Origin: Phoronis australis
Lineage: Eukaryota; Animalia; Phoronida
Reading direction: 5' to 3'
NCBI GenBank assembly: GCA_002633005.1
Contig: NMRA01000581.1
Span: 1 to 33,281, forward strand
DNA length: 33,281 nt
The notes under the pieces are model-generated. The model made no database searches, was not told the DNA's origin, and worked only from the letters and a program-made list of their open reading frames with translations. Each line of letters begins with the position of its first letter. The first letter of the stretch is position 1. A program made the position numbers and the translations under genes. Positions 1-11,734 of this stretch are shown in pieces.

Positions 1-1530
1 ACCTTTGGGTGCCAAATACGATTGCCAATAACTCACGCTCAATACATGCGTACCTCTGTTCGGCTGGTGTCAGGCTCTTGCTGGCATAGACAACAGGAAC
101 AAGAGTGCCAGTAGAATCGGGTTGCAATAGAGCGGCGCCTATGCCTTTGAGGCTTGCGTCACAATGCATGTAGATTGGGAGCTTTGGGTTGAAGTACTGA
201 AGAAGCGATGTCTCAGAGATTTCGCTCTTGAGCTCAGTGAAGGCTCCCACAGAAACTCCGAGTCTTTGTGTAGGAGGTCACGTAAGATGACAATTTTGGA
301 ACTGAAGTCTTTGACAAAGCGAGATAGGTGAGTCATCACGCCCAGGAATTGCTGCAGTTGCGTTTTGTCACGTGGTTCTGACATCTCCTGCAGGTCACGA
401 ATCTTGGCTGGGTCGGGCTTCATTCCAGTGTGAGTGTACACATTTCCAAAAAAGGATACTTCTTGGCGTTTTATGCTGCACTTGCTCGAGTTGAGCGTAA
501 GTTCCTCCTGGGTTGCGATCTCCATGAAGTGTCTAACATTTTCGTCGTGCTCGTTCTCTGTTGACCCATAGATGACGATGTCACCGGCGATTCCACATGC
601 GCCTTTGCACTTCTCAAGGATTCTATCCATTTCGAGTTGGAAAATGTCCTGACTGACGTTGAGACCAAAAGGGAGCTGTTGGAAACAATACCGTCCAAAC
701 GGTGTTTGGAAAGTCGTCAGAGCTTGACTTTCTTGGTCGAGCTTGATTGACCAATATCCCGACTTCGCGTCTAACTTCGAGAAGAATTTAGCGCCAGCGA
801 AGCGATGGTTGAGTTCTTTGACTGTTGGAATCTGGTGGTATGGTCGTATGAGGGCTCTGTTTAGTGCTCGGGGGTCCAGGCACACTCTTATTGTGTTGTC
901 TCGTTTGGTTACGTATGTAAACGAGCTCACCCAGTCAGTCGGCCCTTCGATACGACGAATGACCTGTTGTGATTCCATCTTGTCGAGTTCAGCTTTGATC
1001 TTCTCGCGCATAGCGATTGGGGTTCTTCTCGGTGGGTCTACATGACATGGTACGTTAGGCTTAACCATGAGCTTGTGAGTTCTCTGGAATTCGCCAATGC
1101 GGTCGAACCTGTCCGGGTAGAGGTACATCAAGTCAGCGACACTGTGAATGGGTTGCTGGGCTGACACAGCGCAGTTCAACGTTACGACGTTGAGCGCTTC
1201 TAACGTTGGCAGGCCTAGTATCGCTGGTCCAGTGACGTCGACGACGTAGAACTCAGTGTTAGTCCATGGGGAGTCTCTGTATTTACATTGGATGGTTGTG
1301 GTGCCATGGCAGTTAATTTTCGTGCTGTTGTAGGCAGTTAGCAGGCACCCTGGTGGGACGAGTGATTCAGGAATTGGGTTTCCAGACTTGTCTACGCTGT
1401 TCGGAAACATCTGTCGGAATACACGTACAGGTAATGTGTTCGCTTGTGCCCCGGTGTCTACCTTCAGGTTGAAGTTGTGAGTTCCTGGGTGGTCACTCAA
1501 CTTGATGCGTAGATCAACAAATGCTTCGTC
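1..1530 (-). pseudogene. pol: Gypsy pol (protease-RT-RNase H), inactivated
   Basis: Protease DTG is present. The RT catalytic motif reads IAGD instead of IADD (codon at 583-585). A frameshift near 235-245 separates FLWEPS from AFTELKSEISETSLLQYFNPKLPIYMHCDASLKGIGAALLQ...YASKSLTPAEQRYACIERELLAIVFG (RNase H). Confidence 0.92.
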
Positions 1531-1751
1531 TCGGGCATTCCTCACACCAGCAAGATCTCTGTTGGAAGTGTGGACAGTGCTGAAGGTGAGGCCTTCTATA
1601 GCTGCACTTATTTTGTTCATGGCGTGGTCGTTGTGTTTATCGAGACTGTTGACCCTCTGTATGGAACCAGCTTGTCTGTGCCGCGACTGGCTGCGACCCT
1701 TGGAGTTTGATCTCCCTTGTCGTTTCCTAGTTTTACGTTTTGCTGAGAAGC

Positions 1752-2474
1752 AGACCGTGGCCCAGTGGCCTACCTTGCCACACACACTGCAAGTGTCATT
1801 CTTGGCGGGGCAGAAGTCTCTGCCGAGGGTGTGGTCATGGCCGCAGTTTCGACACAGAGTTTGTTCCTGTCACGCCCTCTGTATTGGTAACCGTTCCGGT
1901 TTACGGCAGCGACCTGTGGACGGGGAGTCTGGAGGGTGTGTAGTTGGGTGACATACTGTGCAGATGCCTCGTGTGTACGAGCTAGCTGTACAGCGGCTTC
2001 AATTGTGAAACCCTTCGGTTTGTTGAGTAGTTCTTTTTGCAGCTCAGGGATGGGTGTACTTGCAATCAGCAGTTCCACCAGGCGCTCGTTTGCCTCGGCG
2101 TCAGTGAAGTCACACTTCGTTGCTAGTAGCCGGCATCGGTTGATGAATGTGTCAGTCGTTTCCGATGGTTTCTGGTAGTATTTGCTGAGTTCCAGCCTGC
2201 AAACACGGTGGTTTGTCGAAGGCTCTAGCTGTTCGATGAAAGCGGAAAATATTTTATGTGCATCTTTGCGATCCTCTTCGCCTAGGGACCAACTGTTGTA
2301 TCGTCGCAGGCCCTCTTCCCCAGTGGCAAGGAGAATGATGGGAACCTTCTCACTTGCCTTTGTGCCCTTGACGGTGAAGTATAGTTCCATTCTCTGTCGG
2401 AAAATATGGAACGACTCGGCGATGTTGGGTGATCCCCAGTCAAATTGAGGCACTGACACGGATTGTGTAGCCAT
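1752..2474 (-). pseudogene. gag: Gypsy gag (capsid plus two CCHC zinc knuckles), frameshifted
   Basis: ATG at 2474 (MATQSVSVPQFDW..FRQRMELYF..Q..E..DTFINRCRLLATKCDF). The knuckles CRNCGHDHTLGRDFC and CSVCGKVGHWATVC lie in the pol frame, after an apparent 2-nt TG slippage at about 1852-1856. Confidence 0.85.
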
Positions 2475-2613
2475 ATCGTCGAAACTGTACGTGGCGGCTG
2501 GTGAGTCGCTGCTTGTCGGAACGTTACGTCGACAACTCACAGAAGTTAATGCTTGTTTACAGCGGTTTACTCACGGTTGTCTGATAGTGCGGAGGTTGCA
2601 GGTCACTTCAAGT

Positions 2614-2625
2614 CCGTTGCCACCA
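2614..2625 (-). promoter_or_regulatory. Primer-binding site, tRNA-Leu type
   Basis: The - strand reads TGGTGGCAACGG directly after the LTR's terminal CA. It is complementary (one mismatch) to the ...CCGCUGCCACCA 3' end typical of animal tRNA-Leu. Confidence 0.75.
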
Positions 2626-2915
2626 TGTCATGCCGGTTATGGCATGTAATGTTGTAATAAGAACACAATGATTGACTGACAAATGCATACGATGTATATT
2701 ATTGAACTTCCGGCAAGGGGTACATCAAAAGATGGATCGGGCAGTAAACCGTAAGTAGCTATAAAATGTGGAGCGATATCATCACAAAACCGAACAGTCG
2801 GTTATCTGCAATAAAGAAAAACACACAGTCTGAGTACTCGGCAAGGAAGCGTAATTAATTAACAAGCACTATATATCAGAGCGTTAGAAAGACTCGCGAC
2901 AATGACTCTATGACA
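2626..2915 (-). repeat. 5' LTR (290 bp)
   Basis: Bounded by the inverted termini TGTCAT...ATGACA and immediately followed on the - strand by the TGG of the PBS. The partner LTR lies outside the window. Confidence 0.85.
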
Positions 2916-3915
2916 GGCAAATACTACCTCGCTAACAATACACAATTAACTGGAGCGCGTAGTATCTGTTCTTCAGTGGGAACCATTACCATACACAAAC
3001 AACTGCCTAACTGCGACCCGTAGCTATTTATTCTATGAACAGGCTACCGCGCAACATATACGCCAAACAAGCAGCTGAATGAAAATAACTAATTAAACAA
3101 CAACCATACGCTATAAACTTAGCTAGTAAACTGTAGATACACACGAGTACAACATGCTATGCCATAATACTCAGTACTTGCAATACTTGGTCGACAGTCT
3201 GTGCGTAATCCAAAAGTTCCAGCATCCGAGGAAAACACATGATTCGCATTACAGATCTTGTCAACGAATGCCCCCGTAACACACAGAGGCTAATACGTAA
3301 TAATAGCCAGTCGTTCAATCTATTATTCAACTATGCAAATGCTATTGTAACCACTGGAAAGAACCGGCTTGCCAAAGGAAACCAAATCACAGCGGCGAAA
3401 GATGTACTGCTACTCAGAAAGAAAATAAACAGCGTAACAAGTAAATGAAATATACAACCAATGACAAAAAATGATGCACGACTTCAACACTGTGCTTAAC
3501 AAAAATAGATGTTTAAACGTGCTTTAAAGTGCTTGACATTAAGTACAAATATCAGCATTTCCTTTGAATAAGATTTCATATGGTGTGGTAAACGAAGTAA
3601 ATGGAAAGTACATGTATTATGCTATTGAGGTGCTATTATGAATGTGATCGGATCAGATGCCCCAATTTCGTTTATTGGTGGAGCTCTCCCCATGCCAGCA
3701 CAAACAGAATAATTTGATGATGAAGCTACTCCCAACACCACCTGGCGCTGCCTCGGAATGTCTTAAAAACAACCATGTTTATAAATGAGGTCTCTGTAAT
3801 CGATAACCATTCAATATCTATTTTGTGCGAATGCACTTCTTGTTGACTTTCAAGTTTTCGTAAATGAATTCACAGTAATCCCGTTTGTGTAATAAGTGAT
3901 ATTTATTGATTTCAG

Positions 3916-4047
3916 CTGATGAATTCGTTCCGTGTTTAGACGGCGGCAAAATGTGTTTTACGAATGCTGGCTGCTTTGTCGACGAGAATGGTAAACGAGA
4001 ATGCAAATGTAAGAAGAATTATCAAAGGAGCGGAGATAAGTGTGAAG
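3916..4047 (+). CDS. Host gene exon, EGF-like module (ADEFVPCLDGGKMCFTNAGCFVDENGKRECKCKKNYQRSGDKCE)
   Basis: TTTCAG acceptor, G|GTATAA donor, 132 bp, phase 1-1, no stops, six Cys with a C-x-C-x10-C ending. Confidence 0.85.
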
Positions 4048-5069
4048 GTATAACCAGTGATTGTTTCATAAACTTCCTGCCACACATCGTGCAGAAGCAG
4101 ATGAACATTCGTATATTTTCAATATTTGTTATACTGCTGTCATGGGGCAATATACCTGGGTTTTGGAAGACAAATCGAACGGCGATAATTTATCGGAATC
4201 TATTTTGTAGAGTAAATGATAAGGTGAGTGGTAGTACGATGTCATTTACTCAGATGACAGAACTGATTACCCTGGCTTCAAAAAACAGGGAAAACCAAGC
4301 ATACCTTAGCAGCTGTTTGGAACCGGGAATTACGTAATCAACACAGGAAACTTCTATATGACCCACGTGACGAAGGTTCTTACGATGGTCGGCACCCTGA
4401 CCAGTCACGGGCGACTGACCAGTTAAGCAATTTGACGTAGAAACAACAAACGTTGCTTGGGTTGAAGGTTAGTTAAGTAATGAAGTTAAAGATACGAGGC
4501 CGAAAAACGGGATTTAAGGACTGGGATAGACAAAGAAGTTAAAGCAGTACTGAGGTGGACGTGATCTTGTCATTTTACCAACCAAAAGCAGATGCGGAAA
4601 GCTAGAACGAACATGCCGCCTGCAAGGCTGAGTCAGTGATAGAACCAAGTGCATTACCTACAGTGTAAGACGTTGTTGCAGGTTGATGTCAAGTTATGAT
4701 ATGTAAAGAAAATTTAGTGCGTCCCGAAAATTTGTTCTTTGAAAGTCTCTACAACTCTCAGTTCGTGTGTTGTTACTGTGCAGCTCCACAAACCACAAAT
4801 TGTCGCAACAAACATGTGATAATTTGGGCCCCGGAGGTCAAGAAACTGCCGCAATTGAATGATGGCAGTAATTTGGGCAATTGTGACAGTTCGTGGTTGG
4901 ACAAATCTTTCGCTGCTATTTTTAGACTCGACTGTTCTTACGTCGCTTTAGGATTTGAATTTCACACTACAACACAGAGTTAAAATCACAGGATATTTTT
5001 TAATGTTCTGTATTATATTCTAATGCATTCTTATTATTACTGCATTTTGTCAATTCCATTGTATACCAG

Positions 5070-5189
5070 CTTCGAGGCTTCTCTCGTGTACAAACAATGC
5101 TGGATGTGCCGCATTACCAGAAAGCGAATGCATCAGTAACAAGTGCGCATGTAAAAAGGGATGGGTGCTGATACAGGGGGAGTGCCGAG
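5070..5189 (+). CDS. Host gene exon, EGF-like/EB-type module (ASRLLSCTNNAGCAALPESECISNKCACKKGWVLIQGECR)
   Basis: ACCAG acceptor, G|GTAAGT donor, 120 bp, phase 1-1, six Cys, CxCxxGW. It is absent from the ORF track and was translated by hand. Confidence 0.88.
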
Positions 5190-5869
5190 GTAAGTGTTGT
5201 CAAGAATATACCGATCATTTTAGAAACTCGTCGTCAACGTAGATAACTCGTCTGAAAATTAGTATTTACAAACATGAAGCTACAAGTAGAATCCTCATCG
5301 AACAAAGTTTGGTTAAATTTTTCCTGTCGAAACGTTGTCTTTGGTAGAACCGATGCTCAATGTCACAAATATAGTGCGTGGACCAGTTATCGTGAAGGGC
5401 AAGCTCATTTGCGATATTCATCGACAATTAAATTACTTCGACAGCGGTGGCCCCTAGGTTGCGCTAATAACGTCTCTTTACGTATATGTATACGAGGTAG
5501 TACATGTAGTCCTGGGAAAGGGTGGTGATGAAAAAGTAGAAACTTGAATATTGTCGTCAGTGCGAATGCCTGGCTTTGAACGTTTATGCTACCGGAATGA
5601 GCGAAACAATAAAGCGAATCGTTGCTTGAAGTCTTTTTTGCATTAAGCCCTTCAAAAACAAGAACTTGAGTCTAATACGTTGATTTAGTGCGTGAGCTCA
5701 AATCAAATTACATGTACATGGCGAATGTCAAGAGGACATTGAAAGACAGTTCACTTTCACGGGCGGGTTTTAATTTTTCTTAACGCCAGATACGCCACAC
5801 AAGCGCAAAACGTTCTTTATAAGACATCTAGTGTACCGAGCGAATTCCTGTCCCAGGAACCAGCTGATC

Positions 5870-6290
5870 ATTCAACCAGATTCTGAGGTCCAGGACTCCC
5901 ACTGGAGTTTGGCCTTGAACTGATCATCGGATATGCCACTTTTCCCGCGTTTGTGGACTTTTAGGACCCATCCGTGATTTTTACCGCGGGTTGGACGGAA
6001 TAAGGTTTGCAGCTGGAATTTAAAAGTCACTTTACAGTCATTTTTGTTTGTGCTGACTAATCCAAACATCGAAGCAGAATCTGTTGAGTTCACTGACTTA
6101 AACGTGGGCCAGCCTCGGAAAGTCTTTAAGTCCTAGTACCACACGTTTTAACCCTTATCAAATAGTTAGAAGAAGTTATGAGGAACCATGCAGTACCTAT
6201 CCCATAACCAATACACAATTTGTAATCGAAGAAAGTTTAAATAAACGCGCCACACCGCCATTTTGAACTAACCGCGAAACCGGAAGTACA
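5870..6290 (-). mobile_element. Possible 5' remnant of a LINE or other TE with a promoter-like head
   Basis: YY1-type CCGCCATTTT (6255-6264) lies next to ETS-type CCGGAAGT (6280-6287). The downstream - strand peptide LFRPTRGKNHG resembles the basic leader seen in some L2/CR1-group ORFs. No RT or endonuclease motif was found. Confidence 0.25.
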
Positions 6291-6583
6291 TTTCATTCAG
6301 GAACCCAGGCTTTAGACCTCCGGCTGTGTGTCTGGAGCAGTGTCTGTTACCATCCTGCAAACGACGATAAAATAATCGACAACGGACCTGAACTTTACTA
6401 ATACCAAAATAGGGACAATTTGTACTGTAATTGTTAACAAAATGTGACAAAATAAATTTTGACAGAAATTATTTAGCCAGACTCGGGCCTGCAGCTGATG
6501 ACCCAGTGCGGACCATCGAGACCATTGACGCTGACGAAAGATGAAAGCATACCGCATATTGGAATAAATGACATATACATTAA

Positions 6584-6741
6584 AGGCGAAGGCAACCTTT
6601 TTCCATGTCATTTTGAGCTAAAATAAGATTGGTTGGTTATCCTAGACATATTTTCCACTTAATTACAGCTTTTCGTAATTTTATAGATTACTCGTCCGCT
6701 ACTCCGGAAGTGACGTTTTAGGAGGCAAGCGTTTCCCGCCA
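6584..6741 (+). repeat. Left TIR
   Basis: AGGCGAAGGCAACC...CGCCA; 6 mismatches (manual count) to the reverse complement of 7931-8088. Confidence 0.95.
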
Positions 6742-6917
6742 CTTGGTTTTGCGTTGACTTTACCGTGCGAATCTGTTCTATTCTACTTTTGTTTTGTGCT
6801 GTTTTTTAACAATTGTCGCCACCACTTTCCATCAGCGAGTATTCTGCGGCAAAATAAGTTAGTAGAGAACTCAACTACGTTGGATTTAGGGATTTTTTAG
6901 TGTGTTGTAAGCTGAAA

Positions 6918-7177
6918 ATGGCTGGAGTCGGTGACCCGTATCACAGTGACAGTAGTGTGAGTGACGGAGACCTTGTTCACAGCAGTGGTGACGAGGAATT
7001 TTTTCACGGACAGTGGGTGGGTATATGTTTAAGCCCGAGTATAACGAGGCAGAGTACGCACAGGCACAGGCAGCTGTTGAGAGAAATAAGGCGGCTACTG
7101 AGGACAGACGTGGTGACACATCTTGGTGCAAATGCACTGTGTGCGTTGTTATGCCTACCTCAATGGAATGCTTGTGC
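6918..7177 (+). pseudogene. KolX / P2X7 C-terminal (ballast)-like Cys-rich protein, N-terminal part, frameshifted
   Basis: AAAATGG start; acidic/Ser leader MAGVGDPYHSDSSVSDGD; frameshift near 7015-7022; then GYMFKPEY...SWCKCTVCVVMPTSMECLC running into the gap. This matches the Y.FEP and WCxCxxCxxMPTxxECxCC signature. Confidence 0.8.
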
Positions 7178-7701
7178 NNNNNNNNNNNNNNNNNNNNNNN
7201 NNNNNNNNNNNNNNNNNNNNNNNNNNNNNNNNNNNNNNNNNNNNNNNNNNNNNNNNNNNNNNNNNNNNNNNNNNNNNNNNNNNNNNNNNNNNNNNNNNNN
7301 NNNNNNNNNNNNNNNNNNNNNNNNNNNNNNNNNNNNNNNNNNNNNNNNNNNNNNNNNNNNNNNNNNNNNNNNNNNNNNNNNNNNNNNNNNNNNNNNNNNN
7401 NNNNNNNNNNNNNNNNNNNNNNNNNNNNNNNNNNNNNNNNNNNNNNNNNNNNNNNNNNNNNNNNNNNNNNNNNNNNNNNNNNNNNNNNNNNNNNNNNNNN
7501 NNNNNNNNNNNNNNNNNNNNNNNNNNNNNNNNNNNNNNNNNNNNNNNNNNNNNNNNNNNNNNNNNNNNNNNNNNNNNNNNNNNNNNNNNNNNNNNNNNNN
7601 NNNNNNNNNNNNNNNNNNNNNNNNNNNNNNNNNNNNNNNNNNNNNNNNNNNNNNNNNNNNNNNNNNNNNNNNNNNNNNNNNNNNNNNNNNNNNNNNNNNN
7701 N
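7178..7701. other. Assembly gap
   Basis: Run of N. Confidence 1.
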
Positions 7702-7823
7702 TTCACACGAACGAGCCAAGTACGGCGAAGCGTGTCATCCATCGGAAAGCGATGCAAAGGTACTCCCAAAGCGCGCGTGAGCCGATAATTAGTATATCCT
7801 GGTACGCAGCAACAGTGTGGCAT
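7702..7823 (-). pseudogene. THAP zinc-finger N-terminus of the transposase
   Basis: MPHCCCVPGYTNY...LHRFPMDDTLRRTWLVRV matches the THAP consensus CCVPGC...HxFP.D...R..W. The second zinc-ligand Cys is Tyr (TGT>TAT). The ORF runs into the gap. Confidence 0.85.
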
Positions 7824-7930
7824 ATTGACTGACTAGTAAATGAAAGCAAACGACGACGGAACTTAACACAACCGAGGTGGAACAATGACTGACTCGGCAG
7901 CTCTCACAGTCAGACTATATGAAAAGAAAT

Positions 7931-8088
7931 TGGCGCGAAATACTTGCCTCCTAAAACGTCACTTCCGGAAGAGCGGACGAGTAATCTATAAAATTACGAA
8001 AAGCTGTAATTAAGTGGAAAATATGTCTAGGATAACCAACCAACCTTATTTTAGCTCAAAATGACATGGAAAAAGGTTGCCTTCGCCT
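7931..8088 (-). repeat. Right TIR
   Basis: Reverse complement of 6584-6741, about 96% identical. Confidence 0.95.
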
Positions 8089-8991
8089 TTAAAGATAGTT
8101 TCAGACACTGCCATGAAATTACGGACTCCACAGTCCTGTGCCAACGATTGAATAACAAGGCCCACTATAGATTGTTTTACAGTGTGTAAATATCTCTGGT
8201 AAACAAACGGTATAAAGAGAACAACGCACATGCGATATCAAAATAATTGAATAAAATTGCTATAGAATTATAATATCCAGACCATTAAGTTTGCGAAAGT
8301 ATAAAAAATAATGAATTTAGTCGGAAACTAAGATACCGGAATTGGTTTCATGTGATTTCCACAACGGCCGGGCTGCTGAATGCCAACAACGAATGACAGA
8401 ATACCAGGTTTCAAAATATATGTTCCCTAAAACTCAAAGCCAATTTAGTAAGTGATTATTTTGCCGGCGAAGCGTCACGGCAACTGTAGGGGAATTACTT
8501 CGCCTGTTTTTGTACCCAGTCAGCAAAATCAAGCACGGGTGCAAGTTATAGCAATGAGTATGCACTGCGCCGCTCACACGTCCGGGTAGTCGGAAATTCA
8601 TTTCATGTTGGTACTTTGCATCAGTTTCACGATATGGTGATAGAAATAAGACATTTTCTGATCTAGACAGTTTTCCCTTTGATTTATTACCTAAACGGCT
8701 ACTGTTGCTGAAATGTGACGTACCCTCGCGATGAATCAGGGCTCCCCTGTGAGTAGCCGAGTGTAGGCTGCCGAGGGAGATGCGACGTACTTCACAAACT
8801 TATAATTATTGATTAAATATCATTCGTCATATGCAAAGAACAGGTAAAATTTGGACCATATATAATAAAGTTTGTATAAAAAGAACCAAAATGAGGATCA
8901 AAAGTAACCAAACAAAGTAACGCATTTACGCTCACGGTGATGTCAATACGTTTTCAAAGACAGCATGGCCGTCATTCAGGAATCTTTCCTG

Positions 8992-9392
8992 GGCCCGGTC
9001 TCTAATCTTTGTACTCGAAACGAACTCGAAACTATTTTTGGCAATTTCTCTGCTCCTTTTGTGCGAACTTAAGATAATTGGTTATCAGACTGTGCTCAAA
9101 TACATTATAGTTTATGCATAGGAGTTTCTAGTTCAAGTTTGCCCTTGAAAACCCTTATATTCGTGCTACAAACTCGAGTAACAACTCGAAATTTCGAGTT
9201 CAAACTCGAACTTATTGCTTTAATATCGAGTTTACAAACTGTGATCTAAGGGCAATAAATTATCTACGTACGTTATTGTGTACTCGAGCATAGAATAATA
9301 GACAATTATCTTGAGTTCGCCCAAAAGTAGAGTAGAAAATGCCAAACCTAGTTTTGAGTTCCATTTCGAGTAAAAAGATTGGAGACCGGGCC
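8992..9392. mobile_element. PIF/Harbinger-type MITE, copy 1 (401 bp)
   Basis: TIR GGCCCGGTCTC(T/C)AATCTTT; 3-bp TSD CTG (8989-8991, 9393-9395); many internal CTCGAR motifs. Confidence 0.85.
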
Positions 9393-11333
9393 CTGAACTG
9401 ATGCACTCGAACTCACGGCAATAGAAGGGAATAGTCCATGATTTTTTTATCTCGGTCGAGGTACAAAACTGTGCTCAAAAAGGCTATTAGTTTTGTAACA
9501 GAAAGGATGTGGACATTATCCATGTTACTTATTACCTGGCTTATATTTTTAAGTTTTTGAAGCAGATTCCTCTTTAATATGAGGACTTCAAGAAACTAAT
9601 CATGTTAAACAAAGTCGCTGTAGTCGCTATTCATTTGAAACCTTTGATGGATTACACTTCTTGGTTTCCAAACTTTCCTGCATAGTAAAATTGTTTTCTA
9701 TCAAGTGATATTTTGTGATTCCAGGCATAACCGTTTCTGTTTGATTGAAAAGATGAAAGAACGTTCATAAGATTTTTGCGGCGCCCGGAGTTTCCTTTTT
9801 CAAAAAAATCACAAACAACTTCTGGCGCTTTTTTATATTACGGCACCCGTAATCACCCGTTCGACTGTCGGGACGTTTGTGGTACTGCGGCGAAATTTCA
9901 TCATTGCATTTTTGAAAAGACCCTTTTTATCTGAGTGTCCCGCTTTTCATTCTAGTTGCCCCGTTTTTCCATTCTCGAATGGTGACAACTATTCATCGTG
10001 ATTCAAACAACATGTCGCTTTCTTAAAGCTCATAGAACAGTTAAAATGACTTTTGAAGTATTGACAACCCATCTAGCTATGTTCCCAATTTATAGTCTAT
10101 ACTTACATTCACTTAAGAACTACATTTTGAAATTATTTATTGCCAAACCACCGCATATATCAGCGACTGTAATTGTGAAAAACTTCAGGTGGCGCTGTGC
10201 GGTTATCCGGATGTGTGACGTGTACGTTAAGCCAACCGTACTTCACGGTTTTAAGTCTACGTGCAAGCTTAGTACTTATACGCGCAAATGTGTGTTGTCG
10301 GTGATAAAAAGGGTAGCTGTTGAACACACAAGAGCTCTGGATTTTCGTAACACCTACTCCAAATTACTGCATGGTCATATTTTACTAAACTGCTCATAGC
10401 AGTTTGATATAACGACAACAAAAGCGCGGCGATACAAGTAAAGTCCGGAACATATCATTCATTCATTCATTTCGTACTTGAAGTTCACTTGTCCCATTTT
10501 ATATTCATCATTGCCGAAAAATGATTTGAAGTATACACTGAACTCCAGTTCAGGCTCCTTAAGCTAGTAGCTAAATCTCGAGACTTGGTTTTAAACTTAC
10601 CACGGGAACTTTGGGTGTCTTACTTACTTACGGGCTAAAGCAAATAAACCAAGGCAACAGCTTGGTCGGCCATCCCAAGATTGGCGTAGACTTTCTGACA
10701 AGGATTATTGGTGCTTTTAAGGTATCATCATAATGCGCCGGTAGTAGCTTTGGATCAAGTACAAAGTCTAAAAGCAATCGTGCCCTCTTTGATCTGCGAA
10801 TACGATCAAGTCAATCGATCTATTCACGGGATCACGGCTCAGCAGTGTGAAGTCTGGATACTCAGGATTTTGCGTTCTCGCTTTGCCAAAACTCTTTTAA
10901 GACTTTTGAGACCATGAATTTTTGCACTTTTTGAGTGTTTAGACTGTGTATAATAACTGTATAAAATAAAGCTAACAAAAGAAGCACTTATTTTGGGAAA
11001 TAATTGAGGAATTGTGAATTTTAAAGAAAACATAATTGAAGGGTATGTTTAGCTTAAAAGAGGATTTTTGGGAGAATCTGCAAATCCTTGAAATGTTGGC
11101 AGATGCAGTTTAACCGATTGAGTGCATTATTTGCATGTTTCATTGCTCCATCGTATAGGTTGATATGCTACAATTTTGTGCTCAGTGAAGGCTCGATTTT
11201 TAAAAAACCACAGAAAACCTCATTTTTATCGTTTATTATGAGAAACCTGGCATCAGGAGAACTAAAAACGGGCAAATATAAGTCACAGGACGCAATTTAT
11301 GAACAACATGACATGGTGAAATCGTTATATCAG

Positions 11334-11734
11334 GGCCCGGTCTCCAATCTTTGTACTGGAAATGAACTCGAAATTATTTTTGGCAATTTCTCTGCTCCTT
11401 TTGGGGGGACTCAAGATAAGTGGTTATAAGACTGTGCTCTAATAATTATAGTTTATGCATATGAATTTGTAGTCCAAGTTTGGACTTAAAAACCCTTATA
11501 TTCGTGCTACAAACTCGAGTAAAAACTCGAAATTTCGAGTTCAAACTCGAACTTTTAGCTGTAATGTTGGATTTGTCAACTGCAAACCAGGACTAATAAA
11601 TCATCCACGTGAGTCATTATGTACTCGAGCATATACAGTAATAGACACTTATCTTGAGTTCGCACAATAGTAGATTTAAAATGCCAAACATTATTTCGAT
11701 TCCCAATTCGAGTGAAAAGATTCGAGAATAGGCC
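11334..11734. mobile_element. PIF/Harbinger-type MITE, copy 2 (401 bp)
   Basis: Colinear with copy 1 over its whole length; TSD CAG (11331-11333, 11735-11737); right TIR partly decayed. Confidence 0.85.

Larger units (their letters stand above)
1..2915 (-). mobile_element. Ty3/Gypsy LTR retrotransposon, 5' portion (continues beyond the left edge); decayed; Mag-like two-knuckle gag
   Basis: The order on the - strand is LTR (2915-2626), PBS, gag, protease (LKVDTGAQAN), RT (RVCLDPRALN, FSKLDAKSGYW, TTFQTPFGRY..LPFGL), RNase H. RT directly followed by RNase H, with no integrase between protease and RT, excludes Copia. Confidence 0.95.
6584..8088. mobile_element. Kolobok-type DNA transposon with 158-bp TIRs and TTAA TSD
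   Basis: TTAA at 6580-6583 and 8089-8092; termini AG...CT; convergent KolX-like (+) and THAP (-) ORF starts inside. The interior is hidden by a 524-N gap. Confidence 0.88.

Noticed and set aside
1850-1875. Programmed -1 frameshift between gag and pol
   Set aside because: There is no X XXY YYZ slippery heptamer, and the shift falls before the knuckles; a 2-nt slippage mutation explains it better.
743-2448. Several + strand ORFs (100, 149, 67, 80, 88 aa)
   Set aside because: Antisense shadows of Gypsy gag-pol, with no independent motifs.
4048-4337. Hydrophobic extension of the 143-aa ORF as an EGF-plus-transmembrane protein
   Set aside because: It lies after a phase-1 donor matching the other exons and is most simply intron read-through. 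Intron retention cannot be excluded without RNA data.
4381-4620. Pogo-like terminus with repeated CTGACCAGT and an RKTG...W...KAVL peptide
   Set aside because: No partner TIR was found, and the similarity is too short to call.
9000-9395. Regularly recurring CTCGAR motifs suggesting a CRISPR-like array
   Set aside because: The motifs are 6-8 bp, irregularly spaced and internal to a MITE in a eukaryotic intron.
9770-9992. hAT-like end ATGGTGACAACTA
   Set aside because: No matching opposite terminus or TSD.
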